64,000 nt of DNA from Gammaproteobacteria bacterium. Its GTDB lineage: Bacteria > Pseudomonadota > Gammaproteobacteria > Magnimaribacterales > D2472. Shown here piece after piece: positions 8,538 through 20,375 of the stretch. A program made the translations under genes and the position numbers. The DNA is taken from the NCBI GenBank assembly GCA_045564015.1, contig JBJLIB010000011.1, positions 689 to 64,688 of the forward strand, in the 5' to 3' direction. Positions within the stretch are counted from its first letter, which is position 1; every line of letters starts with the position of its first letter. Below the pieces are notes generated by a model, which saw only the letters and a program-made list of their open reading frames with translations, was not told the DNA's origin and did no database searches.

Positions 8538-9716
8538 TTAAATTCTTTCAATAATTGTTGCGTTGGCAGTTCCGCCACCCTCACAAATTGCTTGAAGACC
8601 ATACTTGCCATTTGTTCTTTCAAGCTCATGTAGGAGTGTCGTCATCAGTTTTGCTCCGGTTGCTCCTAAAGGATGCCCTAGAGCCATTGCTCCACCATTG
8701 ACATTTAATTTTGCCATGTCAGCTTTTAGCTCAATCGCCCAAGAGAGAGGGACCGGAGCAAATGCTTCATTAACCTCATAAAGATCAATATCATTAATGT
8801 TTAAATTTGTAGCTTTCAGAACTTTATGAGAAGCTGGAATTGGGCCACCTAACATCATAATGGGATCATCACCTACAACACTAATTCCAACAATCCTTGC
8901 TCTTGGATCTGATTTTACTTTTTTTAGCCCTTCATCATTACAAATCATTAGTGCGGCTGCGCCATCTGTAATTTGACTTGCATTTCCAGCGGTAATGACG
9001 CCTCCTTCAGTTACTGGATTTAATCCAGAAAGCGCCTCAAGACTTGCATCGTACCTAATCCCTTCATCATTTAGCACCAAATCACTCTTCCCTTCAGCAT
9101 TCTTTGCTTGAACAGGAAGAATCTCTCTATCAAAATACTTACCCTCAACTGCCGCTGCAGCTTTTTGATGACTGCTCAAAGCAAATTTATCAAGATCTTC
9201 TCTTGATAAATTCCACTTTTCTGCCATCAGTTCTGCCCCTGTGAATTGAGAAAAGAAAATACCAGGATATCTGTCTTTCATTCCATCAGAATCAAATGGT
9301 AAACCGTGACCTGCTTCATAACCATCTTTAATACTTGCTCCAATTGGCACCATAGACATTACCTCTACACCCCCACCAATTACAACATCCTGAGTACCAG
9401 ACATAACAGCCTGAATTGCAAAATGAATAGCTTGTTGAGATGAGCCACACTGACGATCAACTGATGTGCCAGGAACTGATTCCGGGAGGCTTGAAGAAAG
9501 AATTGCATTTCTGGCAACATTACCAGATTGTGCTCCCACCTGATCAACGCAACCAAAGATCACGTCATCTATCAATTCAGGATTAATACCAGATTGATGA
9601 ACTAACTCATCAAGAACTTTTGCGCCAAGATCGGCTGGATGCCATTGACTAAGACTTCCATTTTTCTTTCCTCCAGCTGTTCTAACAGCTGAAACTATAT
9701 ATGCATTATTTGACAT
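8538..9716 (-). CDS. Acetyl-CoA C-acetyltransferase (thiolase II)
   Basis: Active-site blocks VDRQCGSSQQAI, NGGAMALGHPLGATGAKL and CEGGGTANA. Start trimmed to the ATG at 9716 (MSNNAYIV), which is preceded by AGGAGAG. Confidence 0.9.
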   Translation of the reverse strand: MSNNAYIVSAVRTAGGKKNGSLSQWHPADLGAKVLDELVHQSGINPELIDDVIFGCVDQVGAQSGNVARNAILSSSLPESVPGTSVDRQCGSSQQAIHFAIQAVMSGTQDVVIGGGVEVMSMVPIGASIKDGYEAGHGLPFDSDGMKDRYPGIFFSQFTGAELMAEKWNLSREDLDKFALSSHQKAAAAVEGKYFDREILPVQAKNAEGKSDLVLNDEGIRYDASLEALSGLNPVTEGGVITAGNASQITDGAAALMICNDEGLKKVKSDPRARIVGISVVGDDPIMMLGGPIPASHKVLKATNLNINDIDLYEVNEAFAPVPLSWAIELKADMAKLNVNGGAMALGHPLGATGAKLMTTLLHELERTNGKYGLQAICEGGGTANATIIERI

Positions 9717-9780
9717 AACTCTCTCCTGTGTTGAGAGTATCTTAATCAATTTTAAGCTTGCATAACAAGTTTAAGAATAA

Positions 9781-10788
9781 TTATTTCTTTGTAGAATTTT
9801 TAACAGAGGGTATATAGGCCTTTCTGATCTCCTTGACCAGCGTATCTCTGATTTTTGTATTCTCTCTCAGAAACTTACTAGCATTAACCTTTCCTTGTCC
9901 AATTTTTTCACCATTATGGCTATACCAAGATCCAGATTTCTCAACTAACTCTAGTTTTTGACCGAGCTCTAAAATCTCACCCTCTGTGTTAATTCCTTCT
10001 CCATACATAATCTGAAACTCAGCTTGTTTAAATGGGGGTGACACTTTATTTTTAACAACCTTTACACGAGTTTCGTTTCCAACAACCTCTTCACCCTCTT
10101 TGACTGCACCTATGCGTCTGATATCAAGACGAACCGATGAATAGAATTTTAGAGCATTTCCACCAGTAGTTGTTTCAGGATTACCAAACATAACCCCAAT
10201 CTTCATTCTGATTTGGTTAATAAAAATTACCATTGCATTAGAGCGTTGAATGTTACCTGTAATTTTTCTTAGAGCTTGCGACATCAAACGGGCCTGAAGA
10301 CCCATATGATGATCCCCCATATCCCCTTCAATTTCAGCTCTTGGAGTTAGGGCGGCCACAGAATCAACAACAATTAAATCTACACTGCCAGATTTTACAA
10401 GCATATCGGTTACTTCTAATGCTTGTTCGCCAGTATCCGGTTGAGAAAGTAAAAGCTCATCCACATTCACGCCTAGTTTTTCAGCATAATTTGGATCAAG
10501 TGCATGCTCAGCATCGATAAAAGCTGCAGTACCTCCAGCTTTTTGACATTCAGCAATGGCTTGAAGTGTTAATGTGGTTTTTCCAGATGATTCTGGTCCA
10601 AAAATCTCTACAACCCTTCCCTTGGGGAGACCGCCAATGCCTAGCGCTATATCTAAGCCCAGTGAACCAGTGGAAACTGATGGCATATCTACAATTTCTC
10701 TGTCCCCCATTTTCATAACAGTCCCTTTACCAAACTGCTTTTCAATTTGAGATAAGGTCTCGTTTAGGTTTTTAACTTTATCTGACAT
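9781..10788 (-). CDS. recA: Recombinase RecA
   Basis: Walker [13 protein letters not shown] and full-length RecA similarity. An SOS box lies upstream. Confidence 0.98.
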   Translation of the reverse strand: MSDKVKNLNETLSQIEKQFGKGTVMKMGDREIVDMPSVSTGSLGLDIALGIGGLPKGRVVEIFGPESSGKTTLTLQAIAECQKAGGTAAFIDAEHALDPNYAEKLGVNVDELLLSQPDTGEQALEVTDMLVKSGSVDLIVVDSVAALTPRAEIEGDMGDHHMGLQARLMSQALRKITGNIQRSNAMVIFINQIRMKIGVMFGNPETTTGGNALKFYSSVRLDIRRIGAVKEGEEVVGNETRVKVVKNKVSPPFKQAEFQIMYGEGINTEGEILELGQKLELVEKSGSWYSHNGEKIGQGKVNASKFLRENTKIRDTLVKEIRKAYIPSVKNSTKK

Positions 10789-10800
10789 AATGATCTCCTT

Positions 10801-10820
10801 TACTGTATGTTTATACAGTA
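10801..10820 (-). promoter_or_regulatory. LexA operator (SOS box) of recA
   Basis: TACTGTATGTTTATACAGTA is a perfect CTGT-N8-ACAG palindrome 13 nt upstream of the recA ATG. It lies between a TATAAT hexamer (10822-10827, minus strand) and the AAGGAG ribosome-binding site. Confidence 0.8.
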
Positions 10821-10927
10821 TATTATAAATTTAGGAAAAGTAAATTAAATATTATCAAATTCATGCTGACTTGTTCATAACTCATTGTTAAAATCTTTTT
10901 TATTCTAAATTTTCAAACAAATAAATA

Positions 10928-11251
10928 ATGGCATTCATAGTTACTGAATCGTGTATTAAGTGTAAACATACAGATTGTGTTGAGGTATGCCCCGTTGATT
11001 GTTTTTATGAAGGTCCTAACTTTCTTGTTATTCATCCAGAAGAATGCATTGACTGCGCGCTATGTGAACCTGAATGCCCAGTAGAAGCAATTTTCTCTGA
11101 AGATGAGCTTCCAGCTGATCAGATAGAATTTATTGAAATTAATGCAGAATTAAGTGAAATTTGGCCAAATATTACAGAGGAAAAAGATGAGCTGCCTGAA
11201 GCCAAAGAATTTGCACAAATTAAAGAAAAAAAACATCTTCTGGAAAAGTAA
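10928..11251 (+). CDS. fdxA: 7Fe-type ferredoxin (FdxA-like)
   Basis: Cys clusters [18 protein letters not shown] and [12 protein letters not shown]. 107 aa. Confidence 0.9.
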   Translation: MAFIVTESCIKCKHTDCVEVCPVDCFYEGPNFLVIHPEECIDCALCEPECPVEAIFSEDELPADQIEFIEINAELSEIWPNITEEKDELPEAKEFAQIKEKKHLLEK

Positions 11252-11266
11252 GAAAAGTTATAATTT

Positions 11267-11917
11267 TTAAAAAAAGGAGTTTAATTTTTCAGCTCTAATT
11301 GGCTTTCCATTTTTTCTTAACTGAAACCTTAGCATTGGGTATGCTGCCTCTGAATTACCAAGTTGAGCTATCATAGCTCCCTTTCCAACATCATCACCTC
11401 GCTCAACAAATATTTTATCGCAATGTGCATACAAGCTTAAATAACCATCTGGATGAGAAATCATAACTAAATTTCCGTAACCTGGAATATCTGGCCCAGA
11501 AACCACTACCCTTCCGCTATGAATAGAATGAATCGGAGAGCCTTTAGACTCCTTGAAAATTAGCCAAGATTCATCATTAATAGCTATTTTTGAATTCTCT
11601 CCTAGGGGATGATGCCAATTCATAACTTGCAATACTTTTTTTGAACTATTTTTGGCAAGCGCGCCCGAAAGACGTAATTCTTGATTTGGATAAATGGTGT
11701 ATGGTTTTTTTAAATTATTATTTTGAATCAATAACTCAGCATCCAAATTAAAATTTATAGCAATAGACCAAACGGAGTCTCCAGGCTCAACAATATAAGT
11801 GCTATCAGAAGAAGGAGGTAAAAAATTTTTATAGGATTGCTTTAATGAATCCAAACTGGAGCAACTTGTAATCATTAAAATTAGAATAATTAAGAGTATT
11901 GTATTAGATTTGATCAC
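11267..11917 (-). CDS. nlpD: NlpD-like lipoprotein (LysM plus degenerate LytM/M23 domain)
   Basis: Lipobox MITSC, LysM (YIVEPGDSVWSIAINFNL), and LytM (GYGNLVMISHPDGYLSLYAHCD) with LRFQL replacing the catalytic LHFE. Position relative to pcm matches nlpD. GTG start overlaps the upstream stop (GTGA). Confidence 0.8.
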   Translation of the reverse strand: MIKSNTILLIILILMITSCSSLDSLKQSYKNFLPPSSDSTYIVEPGDSVWSIAINFNLDAELLIQNNNLKKPYTIYPNQELRLSGALAKNSSKKVLQVMNWHHPLGENSKIAINDESWLIFKESKGSPIHSIHSGRVVVSGPDIPGYGNLVMISHPDGYLSLYAHCDKIFVERGDDVGKGAMIAQLGNSEAAYPMLRFQLRKNGKPIRAEKLNSFF

Positions 11918-12636
11918 AGTAAAAAGATGCCTGAAGAAAGTATAAGACCTGAAAAAACGTACATTAGATTATGCTCATTGGATGAATATATTGATAAAAC
12001 TAACTTTGGCAAAAATAAGAGAGAAATTAAACAACCTGATGCAAATGGGATCAATAAATTAAAATTAAATGTTGCAATAGCTTGAATGATAGGACCATAA
12101 ACTCCCAAAACTACTAACATGGCGCTACCAGAGATTCCAGGTATTAAAAAAAATGAAAAAGCCAATATTCCACTCAAAAATAAATACGGCATAGAAATAT
12201 TTCCTGAGCCTATATTCAATCCTTGCAAAAGAAATCCAATGCCTATCCCCAAAAATAAGAATAAAAATAGTTTTTTATCTATTAGTGCATCTTTAAAGTA
12301 TTGAACGATGTAAAAAGACAAAGCTATCATTAATAAACCAAGAGATAATAAAAATAAATCTTCAAAATTTATTAAAAGAAAATTAACTCCCTTAGAGCAA
12401 AAAATGATGGCAATAATCATAGATAGAATTAAAGGCAATGAAACATTAAATTGAAATGTTTGGGAAAGAGATGAAAGGTTTAATGTTATATTTTTTACTC
12501 TTATGTTGCTTAAAATCTTCATTAAGTTTGGGTAAATCCTAAAGATTACTGCAATGGTGGCCCCAGAAATACCAGGAATTAGCTCTGCAACTCCCATGCA
12601 AAATCCTGCTAAAGAGTATTTAACTTGATCATTCAT
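11914..12636 (-). CDS. DUF368 family polytopic membrane protein (candidate undecaprenyl-phosphate translocase)
   Basis: Two internal repeats with ELIPGISGATIAVIF and LIPGISGSAMLVVLGVY. Very hydrophobic. The ATG at 12636 is preferred over the TTG at 12642. Confidence 0.78.
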   Translation of the reverse strand: MNDQVKYSLAGFCMGVAELIPGISGATIAVIFRIYPNLMKILSNIRVKNITLNLSSLSQTFQFNVSLPLILSMIIAIIFCSKGVNFLLINFEDLFLLSLGLLMIALSFYIVQYFKDALIDKKLFLFLFLGIGIGFLLQGLNIGSGNISMPYLFLSGILAFSFFLIPGISGSAMLVVLGVYGPIIQAIATFNFNLLIPFASGCLISLLFLPKLVLSIYSSNEHNLMYVFSGLILSSGIFLL

Positions 12637-12638
12637 CT

Positions 12639-13274
12639 TCAAACTTCTCCATTTGAAACGCCTGGAAGCATTGGAACAAAAGCAACCTCCTCATAAATCA
12701 TTTCCTCATTTTCTGTATCACTTTTTTTAGTTACGACATAAAGTTTTTGCTCCCCTTCAAGTCCAACCGGTATAACGAGCTTCCCCCCAATCTCTAATAA
12801 TTCAAGCAGTTCTTCTGGATATTGTCTTGGAGCTGCTGCACAAATTATTCCATCAAATTTTAAGTCTTCTTCCCAACCATTGAATCCATCTGCATGTTTT
12901 ACAATTACATTTCTAATTTTGAGATCACTTAAATTTTCACGTGATTTTGAAACCAAAGGTTTGATTCTCTCAACTGCAAAGACATCACTCGCAAAATAAG
13001 ATAATACTGCTGATTGATAACCGCAGCCTGATCCTATTTCAAGAACCTTATTAAGAACTTTCCCTCTTTTTGATGTATGAGCAATTAAGTGTTCTGTCAT
13101 TCGTGCAACGATATATGGCTGAGAGATGGTTTGTTTGTAACCAATAGTCAATGCTCTGTTCTCATATGCTCTGCTCCAAAGAGCTTGATCTAAAAAGATA
13201 TGTCTAGGAACTTGGCTTAAAGCATCAAGAACACGAAAATCTGATATGCCCATATCAAGCAATTGCTGGATCAT
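12639..13274 (-). CDS. pcm: Protein-L-isoaspartate O-methyltransferase
   Basis: QTISQPYIVARMTE and the SAM motif VLEIGSGCGYQSAVL. Start set at the ATG at 13274 (MIQQLLDMG), which avoids a 47-nt overlap with surE. The ORF-track start at 13355 is also ATG and cannot be excluded. Confidence 0.9.
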   Translation of the reverse strand: MIQQLLDMGISDFRVLDALSQVPRHIFLDQALWSRAYENRALTIGYKQTISQPYIVARMTEHLIAHTSKRGKVLNKVLEIGSGCGYQSAVLSYFASDVFAVERIKPLVSKSRENLSDLKIRNVIVKHADGFNGWEEDLKFDGIICAAAPRQYPEELLELLEIGGKLVIPVGLEGEQKLYVVTKKSDTENEEMIYEEVAFVPMLPGVSNGEV

Positions 13275-13308
13275 TTGATCTTTGACTCTCGTAAATGTAA
13301 AGCCAGAG

Positions 13309-14058
13309 CTACTCACAATTAAAAACCTCCTTGTACAAGTCCCAGCGAACCACATCAGCGCTTAAATTGTAGTCAAGAATTGAAATAGAAATATAATTTT
13401 GTTCAATCGCCTGTATATCTGTTCCAGATTGATCAGGTAATAGTGAGCCAGAAGGTCCAAAACTATAAAATTTAGAAGAATCCCTAGATCTAATTAAATC
13501 AGGCGTATCTGGAACACCCCTTTTACCCAATGAAGTTATTTTAATTCCTTGGATTTTTGAGGACGGCAAATCAGGAAAATTTACATTTACCAACAAATTT
13601 TGATCTGAGGGAAGTTTGGATACCTGATTAGTAATTAATAGTGATTGTTCTGCAATAAATTTAAGGTTGTTTGGATTATAAGCTGCTACCGAAAAAGCAA
13701 CTGGAACATAATCTAGTCTTCTACCAGCAATTGCCGCCCCAACAGTACCGGAATAAAAAATATCTTCCCCTAGATTTGCTCCTAAATTAATTCCTGAAAC
13801 AATCATTTCAATCGGATCCTGAATCACTGATAACAATCCCAGATATGAGCAATCTGCAGGGGTGCCTGTAACCGAAAAAATATTTTCTGAGACTTCCTCG
13901 ACTTCTATTTCTTTTCGCAGGCTGATTGCCGCACTCATTCCGCTACAATTGTCTCGTGGTGCAATTAAAAAAACTTTATGCTCAGTGCTTAAAGCTTGAA
14001 ACAATTCATTTATGCCAGATGCTTTGTAGCCATCATCGTTAGTTAGCAAAATATTCAC
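13309..14058 (-). CDS. surE: 5'/3'-nucleotidase SurE
   Basis: N-terminal NILLTNDDGYKASGI and GINLGANLG. GTG start. Confidence 0.93.
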   Translation of the reverse strand: MNILLTNDDGYKASGINELFQALSTEHKVFLIAPRDNCSGMSAAISLRKEIEVEEVSENIFSVTGTPADCSYLGLLSVIQDPIEMIVSGINLGANLGEDIFYSGTVGAAIAGRRLDYVPVAFSVAAYNPNNLKFIAEQSLLITNQVSKLPSDQNLLVNVNFPDLPSSKIQGIKITSLGKRGVPDTPDLIRSRDSSKFYSFGPSGSLLPDQSGTDIQAIEQNYISISILDYNLSADVVRWDLYKEVFNCE

Positions 14059-15209
14059 TATTTATTCCTTAAAGAAGCAATTGCATACACAGCAATTCCA
14101 TTACCGTTACCAATTACTCCCATCTTTTCTGTAGTAGTTGCCTTCACTCCAATAAAACTTTCTTCGATCTTCAGAATTGCTGAAAGAGATTTTTTTATTT
14201 TATTTACATAGGGTCCAATTTTTGGTTGTTCACACACAACAACAAAATCAATATTTCTTGGCCATAAACCGTTTTCTTTTAATAAATCTAATGATTTTTC
14301 AATAATTATTAAGCTGCTCAAATTTTTATTTTTAGGATCGCTATCAGGAAAGTAGTATCCAATGTCTCTTAGGCCAGCTGCACCCAATAAAGCATCAGAA
14401 ATAGCATGCAAAATAATATCTCCATCTGAATGAGCCACAATGGAAAGTTCACAATCTATAAAAATATTTCCTAAAGTTAAACCACTTCCTGGTTGGAATT
14501 GATGAAAATCTATTCCTCTTCCGATTCGAAGATCTCTTCCCGCATAATTAGCTATATCGTCAGTATAAGTAATTTTAGTATTTGATCTTTCTCCTGGCGC
14601 AGCTAATAATTTAAATCCTGCGTGCTCCATTACCTGAGACTCATCACTCATATGGAGACCTTCTTTCTTAAGTTTATCAAATGCTGCTTTTAATGATTTA
14701 TGGTAAAAAATCTGGGGGGTTTGCACATGCAAAAATTGCTCACGCTCCACCGGAATTAAATCCTCACCCTCTTTCATACGCAGCGAATCAGTTGCAGAAA
14801 TTATAGGAAAAACTCCTTCAATAGATCGATCATTGATAAGTTGAGACAAAAGATACTCAAAATGACTTTTTCTTAACCATGGTCTTGCAGCATCATGAAT
14901 TACTATAATCTCCGTACTTTGATCAACTTCTACTAAGGCATGAAATACTGATTCACTTCTTGTGCTACCTCCTTCAACAAATCTCACTCTTGAGTGGCCA
15001 TAAAAAGACTGTGATTTAATTAAATTCTCATTTGAATTGATGGCGACTATAACTTCTCGGATACTAGAAATTTCTAAAAATAAATTAACAGATTTTTCTA
15101 AGACCGTCTCATCACCCAAGCTCAAAAATTGCTTGGGAATTGAACCACCAAAACGACTACTATTTCCTGCCGCAGGAATAATAACTGTTATTTTATTGCT
15201 GGGGTTCAT
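14058..15209 (-). CDS. ispDF: Bifunctional IspD/IspF (MEP cytidylyltransferase / MEcPP synthase fusion)
   Basis: The N-terminal half has VIIPAAGNSSRFG...PKQF (IspD). The C-terminal half has RIGRGIDFHQF and HSDGDIILHAISDALLGAAGLRDIG (IspF). Single uninterrupted 383-aa ORF. Confidence 0.92.
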   Translation of the reverse strand: MNPSNKITVIIPAAGNSSRFGGSIPKQFLSLGDETVLEKSVNLFLEISSIREVIVAINSNENLIKSQSFYGHSRVRFVEGGSTRSESVFHALVEVDQSTEIIVIHDAARPWLRKSHFEYLLSQLINDRSIEGVFPIISATDSLRMKEGEDLIPVEREQFLHVQTPQIFYHKSLKAAFDKLKKEGLHMSDESQVMEHAGFKLLAAPGERSNTKITYTDDIANYAGRDLRIGRGIDFHQFQPGSGLTLGNIFIDCELSIVAHSDGDIILHAISDALLGAAGLRDIGYYFPDSDPKNKNLSSLIIIEKSLDLLKENGLWPRNIDFVVVCEQPKIGPYVNKIKKSLSAILKIEESFIGVKATTTEKMGVIGNGNGIAVYAIASLRNK

Positions 15210-15495
15210 TTGGGTTAACTTCCTTAAATCTTAGAAAATCCTCGTCTTCGTATATTAAATTTAATTCTTCTCTAGCAAACTTTTCTGCATGAGCATCATT
15301 CTTTTGTTTGCTTAAAATGTCTTTCTCTAAAAAATTATTTTCTTTTGCAAGTGTATTATTTTTTACCAACAGTTCTTGATTTTCATTCTGAAGAACAGAA
15401 AAATTTCTTTTGCTATCAATCCCAAAAAAAAGATTATAGAAAGCTGCAAGAATAAGGATAAGAACAAGCAAATTTAAAAATTTAACCAATGACAT
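15193..15495 (-). CDS. ftsB: Cell division protein FtsB
   Basis: About 100 aa with an N-terminal TM helix followed by a coiled coil. Lies between eno and ispD as in E. coli/Pseudomonas. The ATG at 15495 is preferred over the TTG at 15531. Confidence 0.7.
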   Translation of the reverse strand: MSLVKFLNLLVLILILAAFYNLFFGIDSKRNFSVLQNENQELLVKNNTLAKENNFLEKDILSKQKNDAHAEKFAREELNLIYEDEDFLRFKEVNPNEPQQ

Positions 15496-16770
15496 TTTTG
15501 GCAAAAGTGAGATCAGGCTGCTCAGCTTCAATCCATAGCAATCTATTATATTTTGCCACTCTGTCAGATCTACAAGGTGCGCCTGTTTTAATTTGGCCTG
15601 TCCCTAAACCAACGCACAGATCTGCAATGATGCTGTCTTCTGTTTCTCCTGATCTGTGAGAAATGATGGATTTAAATCCATTCTTGTTACCTAGATAAAT
15701 AGTTTTCATAGTTTCTGTAATCGTTCCAATTTGATTAAATTTAATTAGAATCGAGTTTGCTAAAGAATCATCAATTCCTCTTTGAAGCTCTACTACGTTG
15801 GTTACAAATAGATCATCTCCAACCAATTGACACTTATCTCCCAAAGCCTTTGTAAGGTTTTTCCATCCCTCAAAATCACTCTCATCCATACCATCTTCTA
15901 TAGAGAGGATAGGATATTTATGAGTTAGTTCAGAGAGGTAGTTAGTAAATTCACTTGAGTTTAGTTTGATGGATTCTCCCTCGAGGTTATAAGTACCATT
16001 TTTATAAAATTCTGAGGCGGCACAATCCAATGCAATCCCTACATCCCTTCCCTCAGTAAGATTATTATTTTGAATAGCCTGAATAATAAGCTCTATTGCT
16101 TCTTGATTAGATTGGAGGTTTGGAGCAAAGCCACCCTCATCACCAACGCTCGTGCTTAAACCTTTTGTATTTAAAATATGCTTGAGATCAGAGTATATCT
16201 CTGTTGCCCACTGCATGGCTTGAGAGAAGTTACTGGCCCCAACAGGCATAATCATAAACTCCTGTATATCAATATTATTATCAGCATGTTCACCGCCATT
16301 GATAATATTTAACATTGGAGTTGGCATTTGCATCTTTGGCTTTTCGCCGTTGATATGATCGAAAACTTGATTAATGTATTTATACAAGGGAAGTTCCAAC
16401 GCTTTCGAGCCTGCATCCAAAACAGCCAATGAAACACCAAGAATAGCATTTGCACCTAGCTTTGATTTAGATGAAGTTCCATCTAGAGCAAGCATTTTTT
16501 CATCAATATCTTGCTGATTTGTTACATCCATGCCTATCAGTGCAGGAGCAATAATTTCGTGAATATTTGCGACAGCTTTGCTAACTCCCTTCCCCAAATA
16601 AGCCTCATTACCATCTCTGAGTTCAAGGGCCTCTCTTGAACCTGTGGATGCTCCACTAGGAACCATGGAGGTCGCACAAATTCCATTTTCTAGAGTGACC
16701 TTACAGGAAACTGTTGGAGTTCCCCTAGAATCTATTATTTGAATAGCTTGGATAGATTGAATGACTGACA

Positions 16771-16771
<1 letters not shown>
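15482..16771 (-). CDS. eno: Enolase
   Basis: [27 protein letters not shown] and [10 protein letters not shown]. Confidence 0.98.
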
Positions 16772-19241
<2,470 letters not shown>

Positions 19242-19295
19242 TTAGGTTATGATGGGAATACAGAATATCAGATTCTGGACTTAATAAAAACTAAG

Positions 19296-20375
19296 TTAAG
19301 CAGATTCTTCAAATAATGGTCTTGATAAGTCAGCCCAATCTATATCAGCATCACTTTTAGCAGTGGCGTATTCTAAAATGCCCAGATCTTCAAATTTACC
19401 TTTAACAGAATCTCGTAGCAGGCCAATTCTTCTTAAATTTGGCATAACTCTTTGAAAAAGAAGTTTTTGAAAATGTTTGGTAATATCGGAACTTAACTGA
19501 AATTGTCTTGCATCTTCAGCATTCCAGCCAAAATGCTCAAAAACATCCATTGAAACCAACCTTTCCCTACTTAACCAGCATGCCTCGTATGCAAATTGAG
19601 CTCTATCCTCTTTTTCATCTTCTGATAGAGTTTCAACAAATTCTTCTAAATAATTTATTCCAAAAGTGACGTGTCTCGCTTCGTCCCGAATAATTAAGCC
19701 AAGCATGTCTCGTAATACTGGATCTTTGGTTAGCTCTCTGGAGGTTTGAAACGCAGCCAGCGCCAATCCTTCAATAATAATTTGCATGCCAATGAATTTG
19801 AGATCCCATCTTGGATCAGTAAGAATTTTATCTAAAATTGATTTCAAAGCATTGCCAATAGGATACATAAGCTTTGTTCTTGTTTGAATGTACTTATTAA
19901 AAGCTTCTACATGCCTGGCTTCATCAAATGTCTGAGATGCGGCATAGAGTTTTGCATTATAAGTTGGAGCGCATGAGGTAAGCTGAGAGGCAACGAGAAG
20001 CGCCCCTTGCTCCCCATGAAGGAATTGACTTTGACTCCAAGCAATTCGATGGTTAAGGAATTCTACTTTTTTATCATCAGAAAATTTTTGATATGGTGGA
20101 TAATCATCCCAAAATATTGGAGTTGGTTCAGTTAGAGGCTCAAATGGTCTTGACCAATCAACATCAACCTCAACATTCCAATTCAGCTCTTTGCCTAACT
20201 CATAAAGTTTTTTGATTCTATTATCCTGAACGGTGTAATCCCAGTTATATGCTCCAGATAAGGGAGTGTTAAAAATTTCTGCTATATCATTTGCAACCCC
20301 TTCAGTCATGTATGGAGGTAAGTCTTCCTCCAATTGAATTTCTCTAGGATTATCTTTTACGTAATTAATTTTCAT
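19296..20375 (-). CDS. Ferritin-like diiron-carboxylate protein (putative oxygenase, function unknown)
   Basis: Six-ligand pattern E (HGEQGAL) + DEARH (FDEARHVEAF) + E (IIEGLAL) + DEARH (IRDEARHVTFG). ATGA overlap with the alr stop. Confidence 0.55.
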   Translation of the reverse strand: MKINYVKDNPREIQLEEDLPPYMTEGVANDIAEIFNTPLSGAYNWDYTVQDNRIKKLYELGKELNWNVEVDVDWSRPFEPLTEPTPIFWDDYPPYQKFSDDKKVEFLNHRIAWSQSQFLHGEQGALLVASQLTSCAPTYNAKLYAASQTFDEARHVEAFNKYIQTRTKLMYPIGNALKSILDKILTDPRWDLKFIGMQIIIEGLALAAFQTSRELTKDPVLRDMLGLIIRDEARHVTFGINYLEEFVETLSEDEKEDRAQFAYEACWLSRERLVSMDVFEHFGWNAEDARQFQLSSDITKHFQKLLFQRVMPNLRRIGLLRDSVKGKFEDLGILEYATAKSDADIDWADLSRPLFEESA

